Part shown: piece by piece, positions 25,291 to 36,200 of the stretch
Position numbering within the stretch: the first letter of the stretch is position 1
How the letters are laid out: each line of letters starts with the position of its first letter
The notes under the pieces: model-generated
Told to the model about the DNA's origin: nothing
The model's database searches: none
What the model saw: only the letters and a program-made list of their open reading frames with translations
Program-made: the position numbers and the translations under genes
DNA from: an uncultured virus (IMG/VR IMGVR_UViG_3300029319_000022)
Lineage: Duplodnaviria; Heunggongvirae; Uroviricota; Caudoviricetes
Strand: one strand, 5' to 3'
DNA length: 64,000 nt
Virus record (IMG/VR): IMGVR_UViG_3300029319_000022

Positions 25291-26139
25291 TTAGTTAAAT
25301 CGGAATCTGTGTTTATGTATATCAAAATCTATAAAGCCCACGTATAATTCGTGTGCTAATGATTTTCTATCTCTATCGGTTAATTTAGAAGTTCTAACTG
25401 AATTTACATAAAATCCTTGTTCTGATGAATAAGAATCTACAAATCCAGTATAATTATATGAGCCGCCTTTTAAATCTCCTAACTCTGTAATTGGATATCC
25501 AGTCATAGGCAACTCTGTAATATCCTCATCTCTTGAGTCTGCAAAAATAGATAAAATGCCATCAAGTTGATATGTATCTTCGGCTAGGATTACAGCTTTT
25601 ACTGAGCATTGTGTCTCTTGCATACCACCAAGAGCATAAGGTCTATTTTCCATAGTTGCAGTAGATATAAAAACGGCTGGCACAACATCATCATATGGGG
25701 CTATGGCATCCTCAGCGGGTGATGGCAGTCTTGAATTTACAACATATTTATTTTCTATAACTAAATCCTCTTCAGTATCATTAGTGATATATACATTAAA
25801 ATCTTTTACTGCGAACTCTCCAGTTACTGTTAAGTCGGTAGATGAACCTGAGATTAATGACCTTCCATTGTCAAAATCCAAAACAACGCCATTATCTCTA
25901 CCTGAAAAAGATCCACCTATAAAAACTCCCGATGGAATGTTAGCTCCTGAGATTGAGGAATCTGTAACCCATTGTTTATAAGCACTACCATAAGCTTTAT
26001 AAGTAGCATCAAGCCTATCATCTGCATAATAAAATAGCTCCCCTGTTTTATTACTGAAAGCCTCCCCTTTAGTTAATAAAAAATTATCAAACCAGAGAAA
26101 AAATGATGTTGTTAAATTATGTTGAAATTGTGCTTTCAT
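25291..26139 (-). CDS. putative tail terminator/completion protein
   Basis: synteny; VPAVFIS..PYALGG..GFIDFDI. Confidence 0.55.
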   Translation of the reverse strand: MKAQFQHNLTTSFFLWFDNFLLTKGEAFSNKTGELFYYADDRLDATYKAYGSAYKQWVTDSSISGANIPSGVFIGGSFSGRDNGVVLDFDNGRSLISGSSTDLTVTGEFAVKDFNVYITNDTEEDLVIENKYVVNSRLPSPAEDAIAPYDDVVPAVFISTATMENRPYALGGMQETQCSVKAVILAEDTYQLDGILSIFADSRDEDITELPMTGYPITELGDLKGGSYNYTGFVDSYSSEQGFYVNSVRTSKLTDRDRKSLAHELYVGFIDFDIHKHRFRFN

Positions 26140-26717
26140 TTTAAATTTTGAAATCTTTTTTCATATTTCCTTATAAATGATGATATGTAAGCGGTATTTC
26201 TAAACCTACCGCCCCTTACTTTTACACGACTTTGTAACGCAACGCCTGATCTACCTTTGCCTTTTTTTCTTAAAAGGAAGCCTAAACCAGAAATTCCTGT
26301 CTCTATACCCTGCGCCCAACTTCTGCCAATCGCCCAAGGCATCGGGGTTATTGAGAATATTTGTTCTGCCGTGGGTAGTGTTACAGTAAAAACTCCTCCA
26401 ACTTTATTAGTTTGTTTTAATTCTTTTAAATATTGTAGCTGGGTTCTTTCTAAAGCATTTAATATCGGGGCTATTGGTTGATCACCAGAATCAAAACCTA
26501 TGAAAGCAAACAGACTAGTAACTCCACCTAATGTTCCACTTATGTTTGGGGCATCGGGGCCACCTAAAAGTTCTTGTGTTACAGGAAGGCTTAAAAACTC
26601 CTGTATCATTTCTTTTTTAATCTTTTTAAATTTGGTGTTTATCTCCTTTTTTAAAGCAGATTTACCAACCCTAGGCACTTGATTTTTTATTGCATTCTGT
26701 ACTTCCCTATCAACCAT
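26136..26717 (-). CDS. putative neck/tail completion protein
   Basis: synteny; basic C-terminus. Confidence 0.5.
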   Translation of the reverse strand: MVDREVQNAIKNQVPRVGKSALKKEINTKFKKIKKEMIQEFLSLPVTQELLGGPDAPNISGTLGGVTSLFAFIGFDSGDQPIAPILNALERTQLQYLKELKQTNKVGGVFTVTLPTAEQIFSITPMPWAIGRSWAQGIETGISGLGFLLRKKGKGRSGVALQSRVKVRGGRFRNTAYISSFIRKYEKRFQNLK

Positions 26718-26719
26718 AA

Positions 26720-27190
26720 TTACTCATCAATTGGGGTAAGCAAAAAAGTAAAGAACCTATTGCTTGTTAGTCCTCTAGGTTTTCCATCGCTCTTTATTGC
26801 AAATTTTCTGCCATCAAATTCAACCCTTCTAGCCTCTCTTATGAAGTTATATGCGGTTTCTTTCACAACCATTTTTACGCTGCCGTCTGGCAAAATGACT
26901 TTATTTTGCGTACCAACCTGCCCAGTTCCAGCTTCGTCAGCGAGATATTCTTTCTCTAAGTCAACATAATATATTCTAGCGTCGAAAGTGTCTGAAACTG
27001 TAGTGTATTCAACTGAAGTATTAGAACCTGTATTCGTTCTCCTATAGAGAGAGTTCCAAGAAGTAGTTGATGCTATTAGTGTTTTTTTAGCATTTTTATA
27101 TACAGTTATAGTTTGGGCAAATGTCGTATGAAGCGTGTCTGCCAAACTATTAATTTTATTTATTTGATTTTCAGATAAAAACCCAGCCAT
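26720..27190 (-). CDS. putative head closure (stopper) protein
   Basis: synteny; beta-rich, RVEFDGRKFAIK. Confidence 0.5.
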   Translation of the reverse strand: MAGFLSENQINKINSLADTLHTTFAQTITVYKNAKKTLIASTTSWNSLYRRTNTGSNTSVEYTTVSDTFDARIYYVDLEKEYLADEAGTGQVGTQNKVILPDGSVKMVVKETAYNFIREARRVEFDGRKFAIKSDGKPRGLTSNRFFTFLLTPIDE

Positions 27191-27235
27191 GTAGATTTTT
27201 ACACTTTTATTTATATAATAAGATAGTATTCTGCC

Positions 27236-27523
27236 ATGAACGCTAAAAAAAAATTATCCAAAGATTCTTCATCTGAAATATCATCGCTATTTAAACTAAT
27301 GTTAATGATGGTTGAGGATATGAAAAAGGATCACGATTTTCATTATGAGAAGCTGTATAATGAGATACCTAGTGAGTATCATTCAATTTTAAGAGCCGCC
27401 GATCATTTCACAGATGACAAAGTTTCTTGGATTAGGAAAAGAATTTTAGATTTTGGCAATGAATCAATTAGAAATTTAGACTCAAAGTTAGATAATTATA
27501 CTGTTACTTTCATATTTAAATAA
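27236..27523 (+). CDS. hypothetical protein
   Basis: ORF track. Confidence 0.7.
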   Translation: MNAKKKLSKDSSSEISSLFKLMLMMVEDMKKDHDFHYEKLYNEIPSEYHSILRAADHFTDDKVSWIRKRILDFGNESIRNLDSKLDNYTVTFIFK

Positions 27524-27534
27524 GGAAAAAGGCT

Positions 27535-28290
27535 ATGGAATTTAAAGAATTATATTCATTCTCCCTCGATAAAGAGGAGGAAGTAGAAAAAGAAACATCC
27601 AGAAAAAATAAAAAAACTGGCGATATCACTAAAAATATTAAAAAGGTAAAAGAAAAAGTACCTTATGCAATTAGATTAAAAAGACCATCAAGGAGAGAGC
27701 TTGAAGAGGCTGAGCTAGAATATTCAGTCGAGATGAGTAGATGTGTCAAAAAAGGCATTTTAACAAGAGCTATGCTTTTTAAAAAATATAGTGACACTGG
27801 TGGAATGTATACCGATACTGAAGTTGAAGATTATGGTAAAGTTTACAAAGATCTTTTAACTTTACAAAATGAATATGTCAGAATGGATTCTGTTGAAAAG
27901 CCAACAGAAAAGCAAAAAGAAAAGCTAGAAAAGATTAAAGATGATCTAGCTTCTACAAAGAAAAAACTCGTAGAATTTGAATCTAATATGCATTCTTTGT
28001 TTGACCATACAGCTGATACAAAAGCTCAAAACAAACTTTTGATGTGGTATACTTTAATGCTAACTCATATACAAGGTGAGTCAGACGAAACTCCTGTCCC
28101 TTATTTTAAAGGCGATACTTTTGAAGAAAAGACAAAAGATTTTTATGATAAAGAAGACAGTAATGACGAGTTTTATCAAGAAATAGCAAAAAAAGTTACA
28201 ACAATTTTAGCTTTCTGGTTCTTTAATCAGGCTTCAAAACCTGAAGAGTTTAATAACCTAATTGAACAAATGGAAAAAGGTGAGCTTTGA
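27535..28290 (+). CDS. putative tail assembly chaperone
   Basis: upstream of the tape measure gene; coiled coil; AAGG RBS-like motif. Confidence 0.55.
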   Translation: MEFKELYSFSLDKEEEVEKETSRKNKKTGDITKNIKKVKEKVPYAIRLKRPSRRELEEAELEYSVEMSRCVKKGILTRAMLFKKYSDTGGMYTDTEVEDYGKVYKDLLTLQNEYVRMDSVEKPTEKQKEKLEKIKDDLASTKKKLVEFESNMHSLFDHTADTKAQNKLLMWYTLMLTHIQGESDETPVPYFKGDTFEEKTKDFYDKEDSNDEFYQEIAKKVTTILAFWFFNQASKPEEFNNLIEQMEKGEL

Positions 28291-29270
28291 ATGAAGAATT
28301 TTATATCTCTTTAATAGGCGAGGCTTTTGATGGTTATACTGAATGCAAAATAGATAAAAAGGATGTTTATCTAAAACACATAAGTATAAGAGATCAAAGG
28401 TATCTGCATAAGTATTATGAGAAATATAAACAACTAGCCTTAGATCGAGGGTTAGAAACAGAGGCTGATAGAATAGACGCTGTCATTAAAGATGAGGTCT
28501 GGACTAAAGATGACGATACTCAAATTTCATCATTAGAAAATGAAGTAGAAAATTTAAAAGCCACAATAAAGGCCACTTTTTTACCCTCGCAAAGACAAGC
28601 TCTTGAAGATGATTTAAAAAAACGTAGGGCTGAGCTTGCTGACCTCATGATAAAAAGGAAAGAGGTCATAGGTAAAACCGCTGAGGATTATGCCACTGTA
28701 AGAAGTGGGGATGAGCTTTTAAGGTGTTTGCTTTATAAAGATGCAAATTTAAAAAATTATTTATATTCAGACGATGAATTTGCTGAGCTAGAAACTTGGG
28801 AAGTTTCTGATATAGCTAAAATACAACAGGACTTAGGATCAAAGTTTTCTGATTCAGTAATTCAACAGGCTGTTTTAAGACCTTTTTTCAGCATGTATTT
28901 ATCATCATGCGAAAACATGGCTCAATTTTATGGTAAACCAGTTGTAGACCTAACCATTTATCAATTAAAGGTCGCAGCTTATGGAAGAATGTTTTTTAAT
29001 ATTTTTCAAAATGTTTCAGACATACCAGATAATATAAAAGATAATCCTGAACAATTAATTGCTTTTAGTGATGCTCAAATGAATAAGCATAAAAATTCTG
29101 GAGGTATAGATGAGAATGCTGATGCAACAGCAGTTTTTGGGGCAACTAAGGAAGATATTGATACAGTCGCAGGAGGAGGTAAAACAGTTAGATTATCTGA
29201 AGAGTTAGAAAAGCATGGTGGTAAATTAAATATGGAACAAATGATGCGATTAGCGGGCCATGATGTGTAA
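28287..29270 (+). CDS. putative second tail assembly chaperone
   Basis: immediately upstream of the tape measure gene; FYGKPVVDLTIYQ; TTG start overlaps the upstream TGA. Confidence 0.55.
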   Translation: MNEEFYISLIGEAFDGYTECKIDKKDVYLKHISIRDQRYLHKYYEKYKQLALDRGLETEADRIDAVIKDEVWTKDDDTQISSLENEVENLKATIKATFLPSQRQALEDDLKKRRAELADLMIKRKEVIGKTAEDYATVRSGDELLRCLLYKDANLKNYLYSDDEFAELETWEVSDIAKIQQDLGSKFSDSVIQQAVLRPFFSMYLSSCENMAQFYGKPVVDLTIYQLKVAAYGRMFFNIFQNVSDIPDNIKDNPEQLIAFSDAQMNKHKNSGGIDENADATAVFGATKEDIDTVAGGGKTVRLSEELEKHGGKLNMEQMMRLAGHDV

Positions 29271-29307
29271 ATCCTTGTGTAATTAAACATAAAAGGTTTA
29301 CGGACAT

Positions 29308-32300
29308 ATGGCAGCAGAAATACCAGGAAAATTTGTAGGACTAGAAAAAAGCATTCAAGATGCAGCTAAAAACGCGGGCAGAAATCTAAAGATTAATTTA
29401 GGGACAAGCGCTAGAAGCATAGAGGCTTTATCTCAACCATTAGGTAGAATCACAGGAAGGGCTGATGAATTTACCAAGTCAATGGAAGCTGCTAACGCTC
29501 GTGTTTTAGCTTTCGGTGCTTCTGTTGGAGTTTTAAGAAGTGTCACAAATAGCTTCAAAGAATTAGTTGCAACAACAATTCAAGTTGAAAAGCAGATGGC
29601 TAGCATAAACGCTATCTTGGGCGCATCAACTGGAGAACTAAGTAAATTTAAAAAAGAAATTTTTGATGTCGCTAGAAATACAGAGCAATCTTTTGAAACA
29701 GTTTCGACCGCTGCATTAGAATTAAGTCGTCAAGGTTTAGCTGCTGAGGAGGTTGTTAAAAGATTGAATGACTCTTTGATTTTAAGTAGGTTGTCTGGGC
29801 AGAGTGCGGCAGATGCAGTAGCTGGACTTACCTCAGCTATCAACGGTTTTAAAAGTTCGGGGATTGCAAGCACTGATGTAGTTAATAAATTTTCAGAAGC
29901 TGCTAAAAGTGCAGCGGTGTCAGAGAGAGACTTGGCTGAAGCTTTCAAACGAGCTGGAGCTGTTGCTGGACAGGCGGGAGTAACATTTGATGAACTTGTT
30001 GGTATTGTCAGTGCGGTTCAAGAAAAAACTTCTAGGGGTGGATCAGTTATAGGTAACTCATTTAAGACAATTTTTACAAGAATACAAAGTCTTGAAAAGT
30101 TGACAACAATGCAGGATTTAGGGGTTGAAGTTACTGATAGTGCTGGACAAGTTTTATCTGCAACAAAAATCATACAGAATTTAGCAAGTGTCCTTCAATC
30201 ATTTCCTGATGCAAGACGACTTCAGATAGCTGAGAACTTAGTAGGTAAATTCCAAGTTGCGCCATTCATATCTCTTTTAGAAGATTATAATGATGAGACT
30301 TCAAAAGCTATAAAAATTACAGAGATTTCTGCTAATGCTACGACAGCTGCTTATGAACGTAATGCAGCTTTGAATTTAACTCTCTCTGCTGCCATAAATG
30401 AGGCTAGAGTAAATGTAGAACAGCTTTTCGAGACTTTAGGTAAAATAGGCGTTACTGAGGGTTTGCAAAATATCTTAGGGTTTTTTAATAATTTAGTTGA
30501 AAATTTAAGAGGATTACTAGATGAAGAAACTGGAAGTGACATAGCCAAAGGTTTAGTAAAAGGTATAGGTAATGTTATATCTGGACCTGGATTAGCTATA
30601 TTTGCCGCTATCATTGGTAAATTAACTAAGGATCTTGTCAGCTTTGGATTAGGCTCTATGAGAACTTTCTTTGGTTTGAATAAAGCCGCAAAAGAACAGG
30701 CTGCCGTACAAGGTCAGATAGCCTCAACCCTTTTAGGGAATTCTGATATTCAAAAAAGAATTCTAGCTATAGAAAATTCACAACTATCAACAGAGCAAAA
30801 GAAACTCGCACAGACTAAGTTTTTTACCACTGCTCTTAATGAGCAGTTAGCTGTGATGCAAAGAATGCAGACCATAGCTACGCGTGTAGCACCTGGAGTG
30901 ATAGCAGGTACAAGGGCGCGTAGAGGGGCTGGAGGTTACATTCCTAACTTTGCTGGAGGGTCAGCGTTCGGGTCAGAACAAGCCGATATCAATCGCGGTG
31001 TTGGCGGTGCTCCTCGTTCAGCTAGACCTGTAGCGATACCTAATTTTAATTTTGGTGGCGGTCAGCGTGGCACAATGGTTGCCAATACAAGTGAATTTAT
31101 TGTTCCTAATTTTGCTGGTGGTTCTGCTATATTCAATCAGAACATGGCAGCATCCATGGGACTTCCAGCTGGCGCTAGACCAGTAGGAGCAGCTGGAGGT
31201 TATATACCTAACTTTTCTGTTAAATTAGATCCGTTTTCAGGCAAGCTTAAAAGCAGGGGTAATTACTTTGACGCACAGGGCGAACCAAGGAGTAAAGCCA
31301 TTAGAGAGGCTATGAAAAAAGATGACGATATTGGGAGAGGATTAAGGGCAATGCAAGGTGCTAACCAAGTATTTAAATCTTCTACTGGTAAAGGTGGGCC
31401 AGCAGGAAAAGGCCCATATGTTATGTTGGTTCCACAAACGGGAGTAAGATCAATCATTTCAAAGACCTTTACTAAACCTAGAGGGCCATTCAAATCTTTT
31501 AGAGGTAGAGCTTATGGTATAAAGCCTAACTTAGAAGGTACGTTAAATAAATTTACAAATTTAGAAAATGAAATAGATGAGTCTTTAGCTGGTGCGGCTA
31601 ACAAGGTAGTTAATTTTTTATCAGATGATATTAATCTTAAACCTAGCCCTGTCACAGCAGGTAACCTTGATGCCTTAATAAGTTCTGAAGGTGGACCTGG
31701 GGCAATAGGAGCATTAAAAGGTGCAATGTTTGAATCTATTTTAAACGCTGTAATAGATGCTTCAAAATTTGACAGCGCTGCATCAAGAGAAAGGAGAGGT
31801 CAGCTAGACATAGATTTTAAACCAAATAGAGACCTTTTAGAAAAAATATTTGGCCTACCTAAAAAGAGATTTATGCTAGGAGATTATAAATCTAGTATGA
31901 ACGCCAGAGGCACATACATAGATCAAGTAATGATAAATGACGGCGCTTATACAAGACCAAAGAAAGGTCAAGCTGCTGGCGGTTATATACCTAATTACGC
32001 AAGTGATTTAGAAAATGCGATAGGCAGAGAAGCTGCCGCTGGTATACCTATCAACCAGATAAGAATAAATCAAAAAGGCACACTAAGAAACTCAGCAAAC
32101 CCAATGGGTCTTGCTGTTACTAATACTAGAGATGAGCCTACTGGAGCGATTCCTAATTTCAAGAAAAAAACCCCAGACGGGAGCGGTGAAGTTGCAGAAG
32201 CTAATCGTGATTTATTAGGAACTATATTTGGAGTTCAAATGGGACTAAGCTTATTGACAGGTGCAACTTCAGATTCTGAAAATGGTTTAGTAAAATTTAC

Positions 32301-35300
32301 AAATAGTTTAGCAAGTGCCGCGTCTACTTTAACTACAGGTTTATTAGCTGGTCAAGCTTTAGGTCAAATGGGTCAAGGTATGATGGGAACACAAAGAACT
32401 GGTTTTATGGGAGGTCTTACTAAAAAATTTGGTGGCTTGATTGCGGTTACAGGAAAGGTTGGGATAGCGCTTGCCGCCGCAGGAGCTGGCTTTAAATTGA
32501 TTAATGATTTATACAGAGATGGATCAGGTATAACTGACTTAAATAATAAAGCAATGGCTAATTTTAATGATAAACTCAAAGAAGCCACTTTTAGTTTGAA
32601 TGATTTTTCTGAGGCTCAGCGGATGGATCTAACCGAGCAAATTAATCAGGCTCTTGAAAAAGACACCTCTGGCAAGCTTAAAAACAAACTAGAAAGGGGC
32701 GGTATAAACTTAGGGTTTGGTAGTTTTAATGAGGCTTTAGAAGACCCAACAGTACGTAGAGCTTTAACACTTGGTGCTTTAAAAGGTTTTGAAATTGATG
32801 ACTTAATCGCGATAATGATGAATGAGCGAGATAAAGGGCGTGTTCTAGCGGGCGGTGCGGGAAGGCAAAAGATGAAACAAGTAGGTGATCGTAAATTAAC
32901 TGAGAAGGGTGAAATAGAAAGAGCTTTAAAGGCGATAGAAGATTTAGCAGACATGGGTAAACTGGGTAGAGACTTTGTAAGTTCATTTAGTTTGAAATTA
33001 CCACAAGCCGCTCAGAATATCGTCAACAAAGCGAAAGCTATAAGTGATAACGCTGGTAAAGTAGCAAGAGCTTTGGCTAGAAACGCGCAAATTGAAACGA
33101 TGAAAGCTGAGCTTCAGGAAGAATTTCCTAAAGCGAACAAAATGGTTCTAGATAAAGTCCTTGAAACGTATGAAAGACGAATTAAAGAGTTTGATGACAA
33201 TACTGATAAATTAATTGACGCTGATAAAGAGTTGATTAGCAAAACTAAAGCTTTAGCATCAGTATTTGAAATCTCAAAAAACATTAGAGATGATTTTGAA
33301 GCTACACAAAAAGGTATTGATGCGCGTAGCGCCCGACTTTCAGCAGGTTTACTGTCAGCTGATCAATCATTTAACATATCTAGAGACCAAGCAATTCTCG
33401 ATAAGAATAGAAGGGACAGCGATAGACTTATAGATTTAGCTAATAAAATAATACAGGATACTAAAAATATTAACTTAGTTCAAGCTGACGATAAGCTTAA
33501 AGAATTTATAAATTTAGACCCAGAGCAGGTTACCTTTGAAAAAATTCAAGAGTTAGACCAAGCATTATCTACTCAAGCAGATGCAACTTCAGGAGAACTT
33601 AGAAGGAAAATACTTGATTTTGCAAAAGCTAAGGATAAAGATGATCGAGAACATAGGATAAAACTTGCAAAAATTGATGCCGATGCGGGCGCAGCTCAGA
33701 TGGATTTAGCAAAGGCTTCATTAAAAGCTGCAATCGATGCTAAAAATAGATTCAATACTTTTGATCTACAGTTTAGAAGAGCAATGGCGACTGGCTTTGA
33801 AAGACGTAGTTTAACTAGAGAGATTAATTTTTTAGATGAAATGCGTAAACTTGAAGACAAGCCTGACGGTGAAAGAATTATTGCCCAAGCCTCCCTTACA
33901 AGAGCGAAAGAGCTTGGAGATATTTTAGATGATGCATCTAAAAATTTTGTCGATTCAATAACTAATGGTTTAATAGACGCGATTGTTCAAGGTGAAAGTT
34001 TAGGGAATGTTTTAAGATCTGCTGCTACAGATTTCTTTACTATGCTGTCAAGAGCTTACATGCAGCAAGCTGTTAATAGTATTGTAGATCGCGGCGGCGG
34101 CGGTGGTGGCGGCGGCGGTAATTTTTTATCAACTGTTTTAGGATTTTTTGGATTCAATCGCGGTGGAATGATAAGAGGTGGCTCTGGAACTAGAGATGAT
34201 GTTCCTGCTCTACTAACTGGTGGAGAGTTTGTCATGAGAAAAAGTTCGGTGGATAAATATGGAACTGGATTTATGAGCGCTCTAAACCAAGGAGCTGTTC
34301 CAAAGTTTGCCAACGGAGGGATGTTTGTCCCAGGAAGTTATGGACAAGGTGCAATCAGAGGAAAATCTGATTTGCTAGGATTTGCAACTCAAACTGGAAC
34401 CTCTACAGCGGCTGACAGAATGGTCAGTGGAGCTAATTTTGCAGCTATAGCTTTAGCGCCCGAAAGCATTGCGATGACAAGCTTAGGTCGATCTATGAGT
34501 CCAGCCTTTAAGAGAACTCAAGAGGCTAAATCTCAAGCATTTAATTTATTTGTACAACAACTACAAGCAGACGAACAACGTAAAGAACAGCTTAGGCAAC
34601 AAGCAGAAGCTAAAAAACAACAAAGAAGAGGATTGCTTGCCTCTTTTGGAATGGCTGCTTTAAGTGGCTTTGTCTTTGGGGGTGGATTAGATAATTTGTT
34701 TGGGGGGCGAAAAACTACTATTCCTAGCACTGCTAGCACTGCTCCTAGATATGGCTACGGAGCAGACATTAATCCAAACATTGCAAATCCATTTGCAGGT
34801 CCACAGATAGCTCCTCCAGCTTCACCAGTAGGCGCACTTAAAGCCCAAGAGTATCTTAAATTGCCGTCCTTTTTTGAAGGTGCAAGATCTGCGGATAATC
34901 TACTTTTTTTAAGTAGCGATGACACACCAGTTTATGATTTTGCGAATAGACCAATGTTTCAAGGATTTAATCCTCAACCTATACCTAAATTTAATAGAAA
35001 TCCATTTGCTCCTTTAAATCGACCCATGGGTGGAATGATTCCATACATGGCTGGTGGAGGTGGAGTTGGCTACGCTGCTGGTGTTGACACGGTTCCAGCA
35101 ATGTTATCTGGCGGTGAATTTGTTATGAACGCTGCTGCAACCTCAAGAATTGGCGCATCTAATTTACAAGCTTTAAATTCTGGAGCTTCTATGGGAGGTG
35201 GTAGCACCTCTATAACTAAAGGAGATACCAATATAAATATAGTAGTTAATTCTAATGGATCTGTTAATCAAAATGCTTCAGCTGATGCAGGGGCTGCTGA

Positions 35301-35385
35301 TAAAGGTTTAGCGGTAAGATTAAAGGACGCAGTAAAAGGAGTTCTTGCTGAAGAAACAAGATTAGGAGGAATGCTCTCAGCTTAA
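29308..35385 (+). CDS. tail tape measure protein (TP901-type core)
   Basis: 2025 aa; AVSERDLAEAFKRAG..GVTFDELVG..GSVIGNSFKTIFTRI; C-terminal DDVPALLTGGEFVM and DTVPAMLSGGEFVM. Confidence 0.92.
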   Translation: MAAEIPGKFVGLEKSIQDAAKNAGRNLKINLGTSARSIEALSQPLGRITGRADEFTKSMEAANARVLAFGASVGVLRSVTNSFKELVATTIQVEKQMASINAILGASTGELSKFKKEIFDVARNTEQSFETVSTAALELSRQGLAAEEVVKRLNDSLILSRLSGQSAADAVAGLTSAINGFKSSGIASTDVVNKFSEAAKSAAVSERDLAEAFKRAGAVAGQAGVTFDELVGIVSAVQEKTSRGGSVIGNSFKTIFTRIQSLEKLTTMQDLGVEVTDSAGQVLSATKIIQNLASVLQSFPDARRLQIAENLVGKFQVAPFISLLEDYNDETSKAIKITEISANATTAAYERNAALNLTLSAAINEARVNVEQLFETLGKIGVTEGLQNILGFFNNLVENLRGLLDEETGSDIAKGLVKGIGNVISGPGLAIFAAIIGKLTKDLVSFGLGSMRTFFGLNKAAKEQAAVQGQIASTLLGNSDIQKRILAIENSQLSTEQKKLAQTKFFTTALNEQLAVMQRMQTIATRVAPGVIAGTRARRGAGGYIPNFAGGSAFGSEQADINRGVGGAPRSARPVAIPNFNFGGGQRGTMVANTSEFIVPNFAGGSAIFNQNMAASMGLPAGARPVGAAGGYIPNFSVKLDPFSGKLKSRGNYFDAQGEPRSKAIREAMKKDDDIGRGLRAMQGANQVFKSSTGKGGPAGKGPYVMLVPQTGVRSIISKTFTKPRGPFKSFRGRAYGIKPNLEGTLNKFTNLENEIDESLAGAANKVVNFLSDDINLKPSPVTAGNLDALISSEGGPGAIGALKGAMFESILNAVIDASKFDSAASRERRGQLDIDFKPNRDLLEKIFGLPKKRFMLGDYKSSMNARGTYIDQVMINDGAYTRPKKGQAAGGYIPNYASDLENAIGREAAAGIPINQIRINQKGTLRNSANPMGLAVTNTRDEPTGAIPNFKKKTPDGSGEVAEANRDLLGTIFGVQMGLSLLTGATSDSENGLVKFTNSLASAASTLTTGLLAGQALGQMGQGMMGTQRTGFMGGLTKKFGGLIAVTGKVGIALAAAGAGFKLINDLYRDGSGITDLNNKAMANFNDKLKEATFSLNDFSEAQRMDLTEQINQALEKDTSGKLKNKLERGGINLGFGSFNEALEDPTVRRALTLGALKGFEIDDLIAIMMNERDKGRVLAGGAGRQKMKQVGDRKLTEKGEIERALKAIEDLADMGKLGRDFVSSFSLKLPQAAQNIVNKAKAISDNAGKVARALARNAQIETMKAELQEEFPKANKMVLDKVLETYERRIKEFDDNTDKLIDADKELISKTKALASVFEISKNIRDDFEATQKGIDARSARLSAGLLSADQSFNISRDQAILDKNRRDSDRLIDLANKIIQDTKNINLVQADDKLKEFINLDPEQVTFEKIQELDQALSTQADATSGELRRKILDFAKAKDKDDREHRIKLAKIDADAGAAQMDLAKASLKAAIDAKNRFNTFDLQFRRAMATGFERRSLTREINFLDEMRKLEDKPDGERIIAQASLTRAKELGDILDDASKNFVDSITNGLIDAIVQGESLGNVLRSAATDFFTMLSRAYMQQAVNSIVDRGGGGGGGGGNFLSTVLGFFGFNRGGMIRGGSGTRDDVPALLTGGEFVMRKSSVDKYGTGFMSALNQGAVPKFANGGMFVPGSYGQGAIRGKSDLLGFATQTGTSTAADRMVSGANFAAIALAPESIAMTSLGRSMSPAFKRTQEAKSQAFNLFVQQLQADEQRKEQLRQQAEAKKQQRRGLLASFGMAALSGFVFGGGLDNLFGGRKTTIPSTASTAPRYGYGADINPNIANPFAGPQIAPPASPVGALKAQEYLKLPSFFEGARSADNLLFLSSDDTPVYDFANRPMFQGFNPQPIPKFNRNPFAPLNRPMGGMIPYMAGGGGVGYAAGVDTVPAMLSGGEFVMNAAATSRIGASNLQALNSGASMGGGSTSITKGDTNINIVVNSNGSVNQNASADAGAADKGLAVRLKDAVKGVLAEETRLGGMLSA

Positions 35386-36200
35386 TGTTTGGCACTAAAT
35401 TAAATTACGATTCAAGATTATTTCTAGAGGGCGAAGAGGTCTCTGGAATAAATACTGTTGATTTTTCGTATTCTAATTCTACACCAACTATAAATCCACT
35501 AGGTTTTAGCGATGGATTGACAACTATCAATGGAGAAACGCGACAAAGTTTTTCTTTTACTAGAGATTTAGTTTACAAATCGATTGTAGCTTCTGGAGTT
35601 GGTGGAAGTAGTTCTTTTACTGGATCTAATAACTTATCAGGTAGCATTCATTACAATGGGGAGTCTTATGGATTTCAAAGTGGATATCTTAACAACTGGT
35701 CAATAAATTGTGCTGTTGGAGCGCCTGTAAAAGAAACTTGTTCTTTTGTTGTTTATGATGACATGAGAAGTGGCGCGAGCGCTTCAGGTTCTGCTACAGC
35801 ACCAAGCTTGAGCATACCAAGCCAAGGCAGTATTACTGCCACATGCGACAATAGCACCACTAATAGAGTCATAGGGTTTGATTATGCAGTTACTTGTAAT
35901 AGAAAGCCTTACTATTCAATAGGTAATAAGTCGCCCACAGAAGTTAAATTTATACCACCGATAAGGGTTACTGCTGCGGTTCAAGTAGAAGTTGATGACG
36001 CTTTTATGGAAAGTGGTAGAAATTTTTTAGAAACAGGTAAAAGCAGTAGAACAGTTAGTTTAAAAGTAAATGGCAGAAATGGCGGCCCAACTCTTGTTGA
36101 TGCCTCAGTGCCTAATGCTTGTTTAGTAAGTGAATCTTTAAGTGCATCTTCAGATGGAAGTTTAAGGTTAACTCTTAATTATATGGGGCATACATCATGA
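35385..36200 (+). CDS. tail-tip/tube-like structural protein
   Basis: follows the tape measure gene; beta-rich; paralog of 10362..11207. Confidence 0.6.
   Translation: MFGTKLNYDSRLFLEGEEVSGINTVDFSYSNSTPTINPLGFSDGLTTINGETRQSFSFTRDLVYKSIVASGVGGSSSFTGSNNLSGSIHYNGESYGFQSGYLNNWSINCAVGAPVKETCSFVVYDDMRSGASASGSATAPSLSIPSQGSITATCDNSTTNRVIGFDYAVTCNRKPYYSIGNKSPTEVKFIPPIRVTAAVQVEVDDAFMESGRNFLETGKSSRTVSLKVNGRNGGPTLVDASVPNACLVSESLSASSDGSLRLTLNYMGHTS

Noticed and set aside
28268..28292. Programmed -1 frameshift between the two tail chaperone genes at GGAAAAA
   Set aside because: The -1 frame reads GGA AAA AGG TGA and stops before the second ORF; a +1 shift at CTT TGA also hits a stop. TTGA translational coupling is simpler.
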